Shown here: piece after piece, positions 32,858 through 43,774 of the stretch
Layout: each line of letters starts with the position of its first letter
How positions within the stretch are numbered: the first letter of the stretch is position 1
From: Nitrospirota bacterium
GTDB lineage: Bacteria > Nitrospirota > UBA9217
Reading direction: 5' to 3'
Assembly (NCBI GenBank): GCA_963737155.1
Contig: CAVTRN010000002.1
Coordinates: 448,001 to 512,000 of the forward strand
Length of the DNA: 64,000 bases
The notes under the pieces: generated by a model
Told to the model about the DNA's origin: nothing
The model's database searches: none
Seen by the model: the letters and a program-made list of their open reading frames with translations, nothing else
Program-made: the position numbers and the translations under genes

Positions 32858-33511
32858 TTATTTCAAAGTGCGATATTTTTCGGCTAATTCTGCTGCTGTG
32901 CCAGCATTTAAGTCATCACCGGCGGCCCGATACGCTTCGGCTAAATGTTGGTACGTCTCGGCTAGGTATGTAGAATTGCCCTTTGGCAGCAATTCCACTG
33001 CTTCTTTCAGCGCAGATATCGACTCCGGGATTCTGCCCAGCCGCAGATAAACCACTCCCATTGTATCCAGGTAGTAGGCCCGGTGTTCCGGGGTCTCCGT
33101 AATGGCTTTCCTGATAAGAGTCTCGGCCTTGTCTGTACTGGTGTGCTGCTCCAGATAGACCCAGCACAGATTGTTATAGATGTCCCCGTTTTCCGGCTGG
33201 AGCTTTATGGCCTTCTTGTATGCGGACTCTGCATCGGAATAATTCTTCATCCGGAAAGAAAGATCGCCCAAAAGCAGTAGGGAAGTCGTGGACTTTGGGT
33301 CTTTTTTGAGCGCAGCGCGATATTGCTCTGCGGCAAGATCGTATTTCTGCTGAGACTCATAGATTCCACCGAGCTTGTTATGCTCCTCGACCGAGAGTGG
33401 ATCATTAAGAATAATGACCCTTGGAAGTGAACAACTAGAAATGAAGATTAACGCCAGGACGTAAGTGATTGTCGCATATGTGCGGATTTCGGATGAATAG
33501 TTATTGCACAT
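32858..33511 (-). CDS. TPR-repeat lipoprotein
   Basis: Lipobox-like FISSC; several TPR units (AESAYKKAIKLQPEN, YYLDTMGVVYLRLG); overlaps the upstream C39 gene. Confidence 0.82.
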   Translation of the reverse strand: MCNNYSSEIRTYATITYVLALIFISSCSLPRVIILNDPLSVEEHNKLGGIYESQQKYDLAAEQYRAALKKDPKSTTSLLLLGDLSFRMKNYSDAESAYKKAIKLQPENGDIYNNLCWVYLEQHTSTDKAETLIRKAITETPEHRAYYLDTMGVVYLRLGRIPESISALKEAVELLPKGNSTYLAETYQHLAEAYRAAGDDLNAGTAAELAEKYRTLK

Positions 33512-34121
33512 GACGAGTCCCGTCTGACCTGGGTTCGATCTTGAGCATCCAATTACCCGCCCTGGCCCACTCCTTGTTGAATTTATCATAGCCGATCAGA
33601 CTGTTCGGCGTCGAACCGTCATGGCATATGACAATGTCATGAACATCGTCATATCCGATCGCCGTTATATAGTGCGGCTGATGATAGAGGCTGAACCCGA
33701 GGTCGAGCAGGCAGATGACTGGAGTTCCTTTACGGATAGCAAATTTTAATTCCGCGAGCGTCCCAGAGGAGGAAATTGTTTCGAATCCCGCTTTGCGAGC
33801 AAAATCTTCCATGTCCATCGGTAGTGTACCGCCGAGCTTAGGGAGATAGACTGTTGCGGTAATGGTCTTCAGACTTACTGGATGGCCCCAAAATGCGAAT
33901 ATGCTTGCGAGAGCTGCCGGACCGCAGGTGGATTCACTTTGCCGATAAAAGGGTACGTTTTCTATATAGTGACCGCGTGTTTTCAGACCCGGCCACAAAT
34001 CAGCGAAATTCCTTTTGGCGCATCCCGTTGGGAAACTAACGATCAAAAGAAGCGAGAAAAGAATAACGGGCCATGCGCATGTTATATCGTGTACGCGGCC
34101 CATAGGATTATGGCGTTCCAT
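33501..34121 (-). CDS. C39-family cysteine peptidase (PA2778-like), probable lipoprotein
   Basis: VPFYRQSESTCGPAAL (Cys), PHYITAIGYD (His), CHDG (Asp); N-terminal hydrophobic segment ending TGC. Confidence 0.85.
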   Translation of the reverse strand: MERHNPMGRVHDITCAWPVILFSLLLIVSFPTGCAKRNFADLWPGLKTRGHYIENVPFYRQSESTCGPAALASIFAFWGHPVSLKTITATVYLPKLGGTLPMDMEDFARKAGFETISSSGTLAELKFAIRKGTPVICLLDLGFSLYHQPHYITAIGYDDVHDIVICHDGSTPNSLIGYDKFNKEWARAGNWMLKIEPRSDGTRHVQ

Positions 34122-34544
34122 CTATCTGATCTCAACACGATGCTGAAGCAGGTAGACGAGAACAACAACGAGAAGAGCCACGACAAGAAGGCCTACGATC
34201 AACCCGCCGACGTCCCCTCCCGCCTGAAGTGATGCTGTGTGCGTCGCGAGTTGACTTATCTGCTCGTCGGACATCGTATTGATTCGTGACATAACTTCCT
34301 CGGGGGAGAGTCCATAATCCAGAAGTTTTTGCCTCACGATCTTCGATTCAAGCGCAGTCCTTATCCTAACCATGTCCGCAGTTCTACCGGCTGACATTAT
34401 CGCCGCGCCGGAAACATCCTGATGTGGTGCAGCAGGGAGGAACATTGCCTCAGCCGGCTGAGCGAAGGTAGAAACCGCGATGAGCGCTGCTACCAGATAG
34501 AGTATGAGCGGCTTTGCATAGAACGCCTTGAGCATACCATTCAT
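34122..34544 (-). CDS. PA2779-family protein (copy 2)
   Basis: Signal peptide; RINTMSDEQISQLA..LQAGG followed by a hydrophobic C-terminal helix. Confidence 0.85.
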   Translation of the reverse strand: MNGMLKAFYAKPLILYLVAALIAVSTFAQPAEAMFLPAAPHQDVSGAAIMSAGRTADMVRIRTALESKIVRQKLLDYGLSPEEVMSRINTMSDEQISQLATHTASLQAGGDVGGLIVGLLVVALLVVVLVYLLQHRVEIR

Positions 34545-34576
34545 CTTGATTACCTCCAATTCTAGCGATAACCTTG

Positions 34577-34966
34577 CTACTTCGTGATTATCACTCTGTG
34601 ACCCGTGGTCTCAAGTACGACAATTGTGATAATCGCCACAAGGAGGAGAAATATCACGATGCCAAGACCATCGTCTGCACCTGCCTGTAGAGAGTCCAGG
34701 TTTGCGGCAAGCTGATGTGTCTGTGCGTCAGAGAGCCTGTTGATCCGCGCCTGGGCATTATCCGCGGTGAGTCCGAAATCCATGAGCCGTTGTCTGATCA
34801 GGTTCGACTCGAGCGCTTTCTGAATGGTGTCCAAGTCGGCTTTTCGGCTCGTTGTCATCTGGTTGGCGGGAATGAACATCGCCCAACCCTGCACGGGCAG
34901 GGTGAGGGTAAACATCGCAAGCATCAGATAGGCAGAAAGCAATTTCATGAATGTATTTTTCCTCAT
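34577..34966 (-). CDS. PA2779-family protein (copy 1)
   Basis: Signal peptide; RINRLSDAQTHQLA..LQAGA followed by a hydrophobic C-terminal helix; RBS GGAGG. Confidence 0.85.
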   Translation of the reverse strand: MRKNTFMKLLSAYLMLAMFTLTLPVQGWAMFIPANQMTTSRKADLDTIQKALESNLIRQRLMDFGLTADNAQARINRLSDAQTHQLAANLDSLQAGADDGLGIVIFLLLVAIITIVVLETTGHRVIITK

Positions 34967-35566
34967 GAGTTTGCCTCCTTTCATAAGTAATTACCATGTC
35001 GAATATTTAAATACCCAAACTTACTATTAATTTAATTATACCAGTGTTCACTCAAACCAGAGCACTCGTGCAAGAACTTTTTTTCATCCTACTTTTTCTA
35101 AGCGAGCCTTTCATTTACACCTGTGATGCGATGATGGTGAAATTCGTGTTTTCCCATATCCCAGTCTTTACCTAATACGTAAATGCTCCCTTACCCAAGA
35201 GGGTTGGCGGATTGTAAGACTGCACAAAAAGCCCTGTCAGAATTCAAAGGGCAGACCACTTCGATCCTTTTGGATGCGAATTTTAGTTACCGCATTGATC
35301 GTCGGCTTTATTTATTGACATAAACTTCCAATTCTAAACATTTCTCTACTGATCACATAGCGGGACCTCGTGCCCTTTCACATATCCTGCCTTCTCGCTC
35401 CATGTGATCACAAGCTTCTTGGAATTAGCCAGAGGCACGTTGCCGCGATTTCCAAGAGTGTCTTCTACTGTACGGGTGCCGCGGACATGCCTCTTTAGTT
35501 TTCAAAAAACTTTTGACAGAACCTCCATTGCGTCGAGGTTGGTTCTCTTCATGCCACTCACTGCGA

Positions 35567-37501
35567 TCAAGGAGCTGTAACCGTCCGCGGTGCCGAGCGG
35601 TTCAGGTTTTCTTCAAAATTCTGAACAAAGAGGTGATCAAGAATCTGGACAGTCAGGATGATCGACAAAGCGCTGTTCAACCTTCTCTTCAACAGTGAGT
35701 TGGAGGAAAGCAGCTTCAAAATCCATCGCGATGCAAGGACTTGTCGATAACTGAAAATGCCGCTTTTCGCGATGGCTTCACGGCTGAGATATTTATCGAA
35801 AAGGGTTTCTAGCCCGGGCCATCGCCCCTTTTCGATCCACAGAGGTGGGGCGGAGTAGGGCCATTTCTTCCGTGAGCAGATAGCCTCGGTGAGTCGCTCC
35901 CTGAAGGCTTCGCGCAGAATATATTTCTCCACGCCGTTACGAATCTTGAAACGGTCCGGGATGCGGCGCGCCGCTTCAAAGAGATGGTGGTCCAGGAAAG
36001 GAGTCCTGCCTTCAATGGAATGTCCCAATTCAGGTCGGTCGCCAAGGACAGTGAGCAGGTAAGGGGCGAGCATGTTCTTGATCCAGGCATATTGCATTTT
36101 CCTCGCCAATGGCCGCCCTTCCGTCTGATCCCGATCGATGCGCTTCACAAGCCTCTCAAGGGGATGGCGTGCGGTAAGCCGGGGCCTGTGTTTCCTGTCG
36201 AAAAAGCCGAGAACGAGTTTTTGAACTTTCGGCGACAGCGTAAAAACGTAGTCCGGCATGGGGACGAACCCGAGTGTTTCCAGCATCCCACCTGTCTGCG
36301 AGCGCTTCGGCGCCTCTTGCCCTTTCAGCTTGTTTACCATCTGATCGAGGAGCGACCCTTTCCCCGACTGGAAAATGATGTACCCCAGGAACACCTCATC
36401 AGCACCCTCCCCGGTGAGGATGACTTTTACGTGCTTGCGCGCGAGACTCGACAGCATGAATTTTCCGACGCCGTGGAAGTTGCTAAAGGGCAACTCCGTC
36501 ACCCAGATACAATCCTCAGTATTTGCCAGGAGTGCTTCAGGACCGCACTCGATGGAGTGGAACTCCGCCCCAATCTGCGCCGCCATCTCCCGCGACAGCC
36601 GGTCTTCATCGAATGCCTCGTCCTGTGGGAAGGAGATGTTGAAAGCCAGCACCTTTTCGCGGTGATATTCGGCAACCGTGGCTGCGACGATTGCCGAATC
36701 GATCCCCCCGCTGAGATAGACGCCTACGGGAACGTCGGCTCTGAGGCGCAAGCGTACGGCCTCGTCGAATTTCTCCCGAACCATTGCAAGGCAGCGGTCA
36801 AAATCCGTTTCGTCCACTGCGTCCTTTTCTGGCGGCAGATCACAGTCCCAGTAACGCTTCATTTCGTGCGTGCCTTCTCTTAGGTTCGCAACGAGCAGAC
36901 ATCCTGGTGGGACGGCTTCGACCGCCTCGAACATCGAGTCAGGGATCACCATGCTGAAAAAATCGCGTATGGCTTCAATGCTGAGCCGGGGAGTGAGCAA
37001 TCCAGTTGCCATCATTGCCTTGGCCTCCGATGCAAAAATCAGACGTCCCTCCTGATCGTTGAAGAAAAGCGGCTTAATCCCGAATCGATCTCGGACAGCC
37101 AGCAATTTTTGGTTGCGCCGGTCATAGAGGAGGAAGGCAAACTCACCACGGAGGTGATCGACAAAAGCGAGGTCGTATTGCTGGTACAAATGGATAATCA
37201 CTTCGGAGTCGCTGCCGGTGCGGAACACGTGACTGTGAAAGATCAGATCTTCGCGCAAGCGCTCGAAATCGTAGATCTCACCGTTACAGACGAGGACGAT
37301 ATCCCCGTCCTCTGAATACAGGGGTTGGGCCCCGGTCGCCAGGTCGATGATGGAAAGCCGCGCATGTCCCAGGGCCACGGGGAATTCGGGGTCAAGGAAC
37401 GTCCCGCTGCCGTCTGGTCCGCGATGGTGCATCGAATTGATAGCTCGCTGCAGTGTCTGTTCGGAAACGGAATGGCCCATCACCCCCACGATCCCGCACA
37501 T
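35567..37501 (-). CDS. asnB: Asparagine synthase (glutamine-hydrolysing) / AsnB-like amidotransferase
   Basis: N-terminal MCGI, HRGPD, LSGGIDS, TGEGADE and RTPFLD; RBS GGAGG. Confidence 0.92.
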   Translation of the reverse strand: MCGIVGVMGHSVSEQTLQRAINSMHHRGPDGSGTFLDPEFPVALGHARLSIIDLATGAQPLYSEDGDIVLVCNGEIYDFERLREDLIFHSHVFRTGSDSEVIIHLYQQYDLAFVDHLRGEFAFLLYDRRNQKLLAVRDRFGIKPLFFNDQEGRLIFASEAKAMMATGLLTPRLSIEAIRDFFSMVIPDSMFEAVEAVPPGCLLVANLREGTHEMKRYWDCDLPPEKDAVDETDFDRCLAMVREKFDEAVRLRLRADVPVGVYLSGGIDSAIVAATVAEYHREKVLAFNISFPQDEAFDEDRLSREMAAQIGAEFHSIECGPEALLANTEDCIWVTELPFSNFHGVGKFMLSSLARKHVKVILTGEGADEVFLGYIIFQSGKGSLLDQMVNKLKGQEAPKRSQTGGMLETLGFVPMPDYVFTLSPKVQKLVLGFFDRKHRPRLTARHPLERLVKRIDRDQTEGRPLARKMQYAWIKNMLAPYLLTVLGDRPELGHSIEGRTPFLDHHLFEAARRIPDRFKIRNGVEKYILREAFRERLTEAICSRKKWPYSAPPLWIEKGRWPGLETLFDKYLSREAIAKSGIFSYRQVLASRWILKLLSSNSLLKRRLNSALSIILTVQILDHLFVQNFEENLNRSAPRTVTAP

Positions 37502-37886
37502 ATCACACCTCCCATGGAACTTGGTCTTTCTTGGGATTCGCCCTACGCGCAGCGAGGGGAGAACCACATTGAGCAGACCCCCTAGATAAATCCGGTTTTT
37601 CGGTGTTATTTAGTTTAGTAGTGAACTTGCTTATCACCTATGGTGCTTTCGACCATATGCTTGTTTTCCAGTGAGGCAACCTCTTTGATAAGGGATTCTA
37701 TTGGTAAACGTTAATAATTTTCCAAAAGAAATTTTCAATGAACCAAAAAATTTGTAACATCAACACTCGAGGAAGAGATATATTAATTAGGGGATAGATG
37801 ACCAGATCAGGATAGCAGGCAAAATATTTATTTGTAATCTACCCAAGACAGTAATCTCCTGCCAGGAATGTATCTTATAGTCTCTT

Positions 37887-38771
37887 TTATCGCACCAGGT
37901 GCATCCGCTGGTGCACCTGGATGCGCATTCCCTTCGCATAACCACTCGCCATGTAATCTGTTGTGTGCATAATTGCGAGACGGCCCATCCTGTCGAGAGC
38001 AATGAGGCCGGCCTGGCCGTGAATGCGAAGCAGGCCTTTTAGAGCTGCACGTGCTGCTGAAGCGGGTGTCCCATCCACCATCAGCAAACAAGTCTCTTTT
38101 GCGAGGGATCTTCTCAGGATGTGTTCTCCTGACCCGGTGCAGGAAACGGCACCGCTCACGTTCTCCGCGTAGGTTCCGGCGCCGATGATCGGCGAGTCTC
38201 CCACCCGTCCGGGGAGCATTGCGTAGGTTCCGCCGGTGGATGTTCCCGCCGCCAAATTTCCTCTTACATCCAGCGCAACTGCTCCCACGGTCGAGAAATA
38301 TTTCTGGTAGAGCCGGACGACCTCTTGTTCCCGCTGAAGAAGCTTCTTCAATTTCTCCCGCAATTCCTTTGACGGCCTGGGAAGCCGCGCAAGACCTCTT
38401 GCGATCCTGCACGCGCCCATATCCGTCATGAGCACATGCGGGGTGTTCATCACCCTTCTTGCCGCCTGGATGGGATTGCGAAAGCCTTCAAGACCGGCAA
38501 CTGCCCCAGCTTTCATTTCTGTTCCTTCCATAAGCGAGGCATCGAACCTCTGTACGCCATCGAGCTGCAGCACTCCACCCAGTCCCGCGTTGAACATACC
38601 AGAGTTCTCCATGACGGTTACTGATGCGACTACAGCGTCAAGGCTACAGCCCCCGTTCAAAAGGATCGTGTAGCCTTTTGCAAGAGATTCTGCCAAGACA
38701 TCGAGAGACGGTTTTTTTGGCGGCTTATATCCAGCGCCACCGTGCACGAGGAGTACCGGATTCGCTTTCAT
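37887..38771 (-). CDS. iaaA: Isoaspartyl peptidase / L-asparaginase (Ntn hydrolase)
   Basis: VHGGAG, S|TVGAVALD, TSTGG..GRVGDSPIIGAG and SCTGSGE. Confidence 0.9.
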   Translation of the reverse strand: MKANPVLLVHGGAGYKPPKKPSLDVLAESLAKGYTILLNGGCSLDAVVASVTVMENSGMFNAGLGGVLQLDGVQRFDASLMEGTEMKAGAVAGLEGFRNPIQAARRVMNTPHVLMTDMGACRIARGLARLPRPSKELREKLKKLLQREQEVVRLYQKYFSTVGAVALDVRGNLAAGTSTGGTYAMLPGRVGDSPIIGAGTYAENVSGAVSCTGSGEHILRRSLAKETCLLMVDGTPASAARAALKGLLRIHGQAGLIALDRMGRLAIMHTTDYMASGYAKGMRIQVHQRMHLVR

Positions 38772-38917
38772 AGCTCGAGCGTACAATAACGGAAGGGAAA
38801 AGGCAAGAGGAGTTCAGGTTGATTTCGCGCCAAAAAAATCGGAAGGGATGACCCATAATTTCAGAGTGAAATGTTTATTTGCCAATACTGGCAACTGCTG
38901 CGAAGTACAGGAAGTCA

Positions 38918-39259
38918 TCAAACTTCTCCAATCCCTCCTTCAACTGAGTCGACAACTAACTTTTCTGCAACTGCAAGGATCTTTTCCGCTGTCTTCTCAA
39001 TAACTTCATCACACGTTTTTGCCTTTGACAGAATAAAATAACTTTGTTTTTCGAGAAAGCTGATGATTTGTTCATGCTTGATCTTATTTTCATCGAAATG
39101 AATTAATGCGCTGCCGATAACAGCGTTGGTTTCTACCGATGTTATTCCTTCCAATTTTTGTATCGTATTTCCGAATGTCGCCGCATTCTGCGGATTACTG
39201 TGGATGAACGGAGTTTGAATTCTTATTCTCCCGTGCACGTAATGGTAATAATAATCCAT
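38918..39259 (-). CDS. HMA2-like small protein
   Basis: YHYVHGRIRI..GITSVETNAVIGSALIHFD pattern. Confidence 0.75.
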   Translation of the reverse strand: MDYYYHYVHGRIRIQTPFIHSNPQNAATFGNTIQKLEGITSVETNAVIGSALIHFDENKIKHEQIISFLEKQSYFILSKAKTCDEVIEKTAEKILAVAEKLVVDSVEGGIGEV

Positions 39260-39628
39260 GAAAACCTCGCCTTCATATTTTGCACTGCACTGAATTGTGT
39301 GTTAGGCAAATCTGTGCTCATTATACTACAATAAACTTATAAAAACACTAGGCAATGGTCAATCCCTTTTTGGACGACCAGCATATTTATATTCTCCTCT
39401 AAGGATATGGCGTTCGCATCTTTGACTCAGCACCAGATATTGTATCGGGTGGAGAACTGGAATTTTGACGATGATGAATGAAGGCTGACGCACTATGAGT
39501 TCCAAGGAACTGAAACTTCAACAGCTACAGATAAGACATCGCGTAGAACGTTACAGGCGATAAACTTCATCTCTATTAAACTCAGATGCGCGACCTTCCA
39601 CAGTATCTAAGACGAGACGAGTGGTAGG

Positions 39629-40903
39629 TTAAACTTTCCAAAACAATAATGATTCCACCGCATCCAATGCAAAAACAGGAATATGCAATTTATCGTACAC
39701 TTCTTTTCGCTCCGCAAATGAATCGTCAATAAACACAGCGTTCATATTTGTAATGTAATCGCATTTCCTTTCGTTTTCACGCAAGACAAATATTTCATCA
39801 AACAACAGCTCGCTAATTGCGAATGTCTTCAGACTCTCCTTAACATCCTGGTTATGCTTGGAAAGCAGAACTATTTTTTTACCCATGTTTCTTGACTGAT
39901 AAAGAAACTTCATGATATTTGTATTTACCGAATTATTGATAACGACCGTGTCATCAAAGTCAATATATACGCAAGAATAATCCAGGGTTATTGAATATCT
40001 TGCAAATAAAGCACGATCTATTTCTATGTCAAGATTGTTGCGAAAACAACTTACGCCAATTCCCATCCTGTCAAATAAGCTTAACTGTATGAAGTTAACG
40101 CCGTCTGCTCTAAATAGCGCCATTGTTCCTGCAATTCTCGGAGCAATTTCCATTAAAACAAGCTCGCCGCTGGCTCGTTCTTTAACCTGATAAAACCAGA
40201 CACCTCGAAATGATAGTGTCTTATTTATAATTTCTCCAATCTTTTGGAATCGAACATCAGTCACCTCCTTTGAATTTACACTGATGCCGTTATTAATCCT
40301 TGATCTTTCTCGTCCTGCGATAAATAATAGGGCTCTGTTTTTATCTGTAAAACAATCGATAGTATATTCTTTCCCGGGTAGATATTCTAATGCGAGTAAT
40401 GTTGGGTCTTTCTTTAAATAAAATTCGGCTTCCTCAATTGTGTTTACCTTATAAGTTCCTTTTGTTCCTTGATCATCATCTGGCTTCAAAAAAATTGGGA
40501 AACTCATTTTCTCGGTTTTAGAATAAACTTTCGGAGTTGGTACAAGCTTTTCAAACAACTCATAAGTTTTCCCTTTTGATCTGCAAATTCTACATGTTTC
40601 CTTACAAGATGTAATTACCGTTGCCTTAATCATATCTTGATTTTCAGCCATTTTTATAACAGCAGAATCATGTGCTGGTACGATAAAATCAATGCTGTAT
40701 CGTTCTGCAACTTTGTTTATTTCTTCTATGAAATTTGGAGCGTCTACAAAGGGAAGACCCCCAACATAATTTTTATAGACAAATTTGCCATGGTCATCAA
40801 TGCTATTTGCCCCAAACAATGTAAAGTGCATTGAATCAGCCAAGGCACGATTCACTTCTAACCCAACTTCTGAACCACATGGGAATACTAATATATTTTT
40901 CAT
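39629..40903 (-). CDS. ATP-grasp protein with C-terminal HAD-like domain (surface polysaccharide-type)
   Basis: PIFLKP, EYLPGKEYTID, MEIAPR and IDFDDT; visibly AT-rich. Confidence 0.8.
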   Translation of the reverse strand: MKNILVFPCGSEVGLEVNRALADSMHFTLFGANSIDDHGKFVYKNYVGGLPFVDAPNFIEEINKVAERYSIDFIVPAHDSAVIKMAENQDMIKATVITSCKETCRICRSKGKTYELFEKLVPTPKVYSKTEKMSFPIFLKPDDDQGTKGTYKVNTIEEAEFYLKKDPTLLALEYLPGKEYTIDCFTDKNRALLFIAGRERSRINNGISVNSKEVTDVRFQKIGEIINKTLSFRGVWFYQVKERASGELVLMEIAPRIAGTMALFRADGVNFIQLSLFDRMGIGVSCFRNNLDIEIDRALFARYSITLDYSCVYIDFDDTVVINNSVNTNIMKFLYQSRNMGKKIVLLSKHNQDVKESLKTFAISELLFDEIFVLRENERKCDYITNMNAVFIDDSFAERKEVYDKLHIPVFALDAVESLLFWKV

Positions 40904-40961
40904 ATTTTAGCGGGCGTTGTATCTAAACACAGGAGTCTATAGGTATTCTGAACGCTGTCTA

Positions 40962-41155
40962 TTATTCACTAAGCGGGGCCGTGATCGGGTCTAACTGTTT
41001 AGCTTTACACCCGGGATGGAAATTGAGAAAAATGCCGACCCCGATGACGAATATCGGATCGACGATAAAGGCTTCCTGATGGGTGGACATAGTCCATCCC
41101 AAAGCGTACCCAATGGTGGAAGAGTCTATCATCCCCCACAAAAAGACTCCCTACA
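40962..41155 (-). pseudogene. C-terminal remnant of a MacB/FtsX ABC permease
   Basis: Reads VGIFLNFHPGCKAKQLDPITAPLSE*, resembling the MacB end GIFFGxYPAxKAxxLDPIxALRYE. Confidence 0.55.
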
Positions 41156-41190
41156 ATCACGTTGATCAACTGGTATTAAAAATTATAGTT

Positions 41191-41252
41191 TATCAGAAGA
41201 AACATGACGGGAACATGACGGGAAGATTACAATTTTGTCATCTTGCTGCTAC
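41191..41252 (-). promoter_or_regulatory. CusR/CopR-type operator and promoter, copy 1
   Basis: Palindrome GATTACAATTTTGTCATC plus two 11-bp-phased CATGACGGGAA repeats; overlaps the kinase stop codon. Confidence 0.65.
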
Positions 41253-42716
41253 TGGGGCAGAAGGAAATCGCAGAATGAACGTAGTCCCCCTCTCCAGTAT
41301 GCTCTTTACCGATATCGTGGCGCCGTGGATATCCGTTATGGTCTTTACAATGGCGAGACCGAGCCCCGTCCCTTCGGGATGGAGCGCGCGTGCAGGGTTG
41401 GCCCGGTAGAATCGATTAAAAATATGCGGAAGGTGTTCTGGTGCGATACCGACACCCGTATCGCTCACCCTGATTTCCGTGAAGGAACGACCTTCAGCTT
41501 GTTGGACGTCGATGGAAATTCTGCCGCCAGTCGGAGTATACTTGAGGCTGTTGGACAGCAGGTTGCTGACCGCACGCTGAAATAACGATGCATCGGCCCA
41601 CACCGGAGCATCGCCCGAGCAAGTCACTTCAATCCCATATTCATCGGCCAGGACCTCATAGTACTGCCGGACCACTTCAATCTCCTCTGCGGCGTTGAAG
41701 AGGGTTTTTGCGTTGGTCGTCCACGACTCTTCCGAACGTGCGAGGAAGAGGAGGTTGTCAATCAGACGGGTGAGCTTCCGGTACTCTTCTATGTTCGATT
41801 CGAGGACACGCTGGTATTCATCAGGCGTTCTGGCGCGTGTGAGCGCCACCTCCGCTTCACCCATCAAGTTGTTAATGGGCGTTCGTAGTTCATGCGCCAG
41901 ATCAGCAGAAAACCTCGACAACCGGACAAAAGATCCCTCAAGCCTGTTGAGCATCCCGTCAAATGCGACAGCGAGCGCAGAAAGCTCCGCAGGCCATTGC
42001 CTTGTGCCGATCCGTTCGTCGAGCTGGGTGGCTGTTATTCGTTGGACAGTGCCGGCAATTTCCCGCAAAGGCCGTAGTCCCTTCCGGACGGCGAAGACGC
42101 CGATGCCGGCCGACAAGACCACCCCAAACAATACGCCGGCGATGATGTTTCTCCTATAGTCCGCAAGGACCGTGTTGGTGTGGGAGATATCCAGCGCCAG
42201 ATGCAGGACATACCGTCCTCCCCCTTCCTGCCCAAGCGGTGCCCAGGCGGACATGAGCAGGATAGGTTTGCCCTGCACGGTTCTCCAGAGAGCAACCTCA
42301 TTAGTGGTTTCGCTGGCACGGTTTGGGGAAGGAAAGGGTATCGGGCCCACGGAAAGATCATCCATGCCGGGAGTCACCATCACCTCTTTGTCGCCGTCAA
42401 GCACCCTGACATAAAATTTAAAATATTGATGCGAGGGCTCTTCTTCCTCAACTTCTCTTCGAAGGAGATCAGGATCGGCCAAATGGTTGTGTAAAATACT
42501 ACGCAAGACCTGAACATTATCAGCCAAAAATTTGATGTTTTCCTTTTCCAGACTGGTAGAGATCATCCAGTAAAGGAATCCCGCCGTCAACATAAGCAAA
42601 ACGGCAGTTGAAAGAATGTAGATGATGGTGAGGCGCGCCGTGATGGATGAGAAAAACGATGCAAAGAGACGGGCACCGCGGTTGGCCAAGCGTTTATCAG
42701 CGTTCTTCAAGGACAT
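41238..42716 (-). CDS. Heavy-metal-type sensor histidine kinase (CusS/CzcS-like)
   Basis: Two TM helices, [16 protein letters not shown] and GTGLGL. Confidence 0.9.
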   Translation of the reverse strand: MSLKNADKRLANRGARLFASFFSSITARLTIIYILSTAVLLMLTAGFLYWMISTSLEKENIKFLADNVQVLRSILHNHLADPDLLRREVEEEEPSHQYFKFYVRVLDGDKEVMVTPGMDDLSVGPIPFPSPNRASETTNEVALWRTVQGKPILLMSAWAPLGQEGGGRYVLHLALDISHTNTVLADYRRNIIAGVLFGVVLSAGIGVFAVRKGLRPLREIAGTVQRITATQLDERIGTRQWPAELSALAVAFDGMLNRLEGSFVRLSRFSADLAHELRTPINNLMGEAEVALTRARTPDEYQRVLESNIEEYRKLTRLIDNLLFLARSEESWTTNAKTLFNAAEEIEVVRQYYEVLADEYGIEVTCSGDAPVWADASLFQRAVSNLLSNSLKYTPTGGRISIDVQQAEGRSFTEIRVSDTGVGIAPEHLPHIFNRFYRANPARALHPEGTGLGLAIVKTITDIHGATISVKSILERGTTFILRFPSAPVAAR

Positions 42717-43368
42717 ATCCAAGAGCTCGCACCGTATGAATGAGCTTCGTCGGGTACGGGTCGTCGATCTTTCTCCGGAGTCTGCGGATCGCAACGTCTA
42801 CGATGTTGGTGTCGCCATCAAAGTTCATGTCCCATACCTGCTCGGCGATCAGCGTACGAGAGAGAACCTCACCATGGCGTCGCACAAGGAGGGACAACAA
42901 AAGAAATTCCTTGACTGTAAGATCGATACGTTGTCCATCACGAGTAGCCCGGTGGCGGGGAAAGTCTATTTGCAGATCTGCTATCTGGAACAATTCGGGC
43001 TGTCGGGCAGGACCTCGGCGGAGCACTGAGTGGATGCGGGCGAGCAGTTCGGAGAATGCAAAGGGTTTCACTAAATAGTCGTCAGCTCCGGATTCAAGCC
43101 CTTTCACCCGGTCCTGAATTGTATCGCGTGCCGTCAGAAACAGGACAGGTGTTTTTTTTCCCGCGCGGCGCAGTTCGGAAAGAATGGACCAACCGTTACG
43201 ACCCGGCATCATGATATCGAGCACGATGAAATCGTGCACCCCCGTCATAGCAAGAGAGAGTCCGTCTTCACCCTCATAAGCAATGTCGACTTGATAGCCG
43301 TTCTCGGAGAGTCCTTTCCGGAGATAAGCTGCCGTCTTTCTTTCATCTTCGATCACGAGTATCCGCAT
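42697..43368 (-). CDS. Heavy-metal-type OmpR-family response regulator (CusR/CopR-like)
   Basis: [25 protein letters not shown] and [21 protein letters not shown]. Confidence 0.92.
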   Translation of the reverse strand: MRILVIEDERKTAAYLRKGLSENGYQVDIAYEGEDGLSLAMTGVHDFIVLDIMMPGRNGWSILSELRRAGKKTPVLFLTARDTIQDRVKGLESGADDYLVKPFAFSELLARIHSVLRRGPARQPELFQIADLQIDFPRHRATRDGQRIDLTVKEFLLLSLLVRRHGEVLSRTLIAEQVWDMNFDGDTNIVDVAIRRLRRKIDDPYPTKLIHTVRALGYVLEER

Positions 43369-43774
43369 GGCAGGCAGTCAGCGCGAATTGAATAAGGGAA
43401 TGTTACAGGAAAATAAAAAGGGATGCAAGGGCATTCTGCGTTTGGTCTTTTATTTGGGGGTAGGCATTGATGAGTCTGGTCGAAATTTATGTGCTTCAAA
43501 TGATGGGAACATCACCAGCTTCAGGAAACATTCGATATGCTAAATTTAATATTATATACTTTACTACATTCTGAACATAGCAGATTCGACGATCACGTAA
43601 CTGCCGACTGAAGACTATTTTAAAACAGGGAAGCGAAGGTTCATGAAAAGCCCTGGTTACTGCCTTTGGTCAACGGGTGCGCGCCCTGATCGTGATACCC
43701 GGTGCTTATATGTATTATCCGCATGACATCCGGGCATTTTTTTGCACTTCGCACTCGTTCCTTTGAGTTGGTTG

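Noticed and set aside
35567-38771. Lasso peptide cluster (cyclase plus isopeptidase)
   Set aside because: AsnB keeps the N-terminal Cys glutaminase domain, the peptidase is Ntn-type rather than S9, and no B protein, RRE or precursor is visible.
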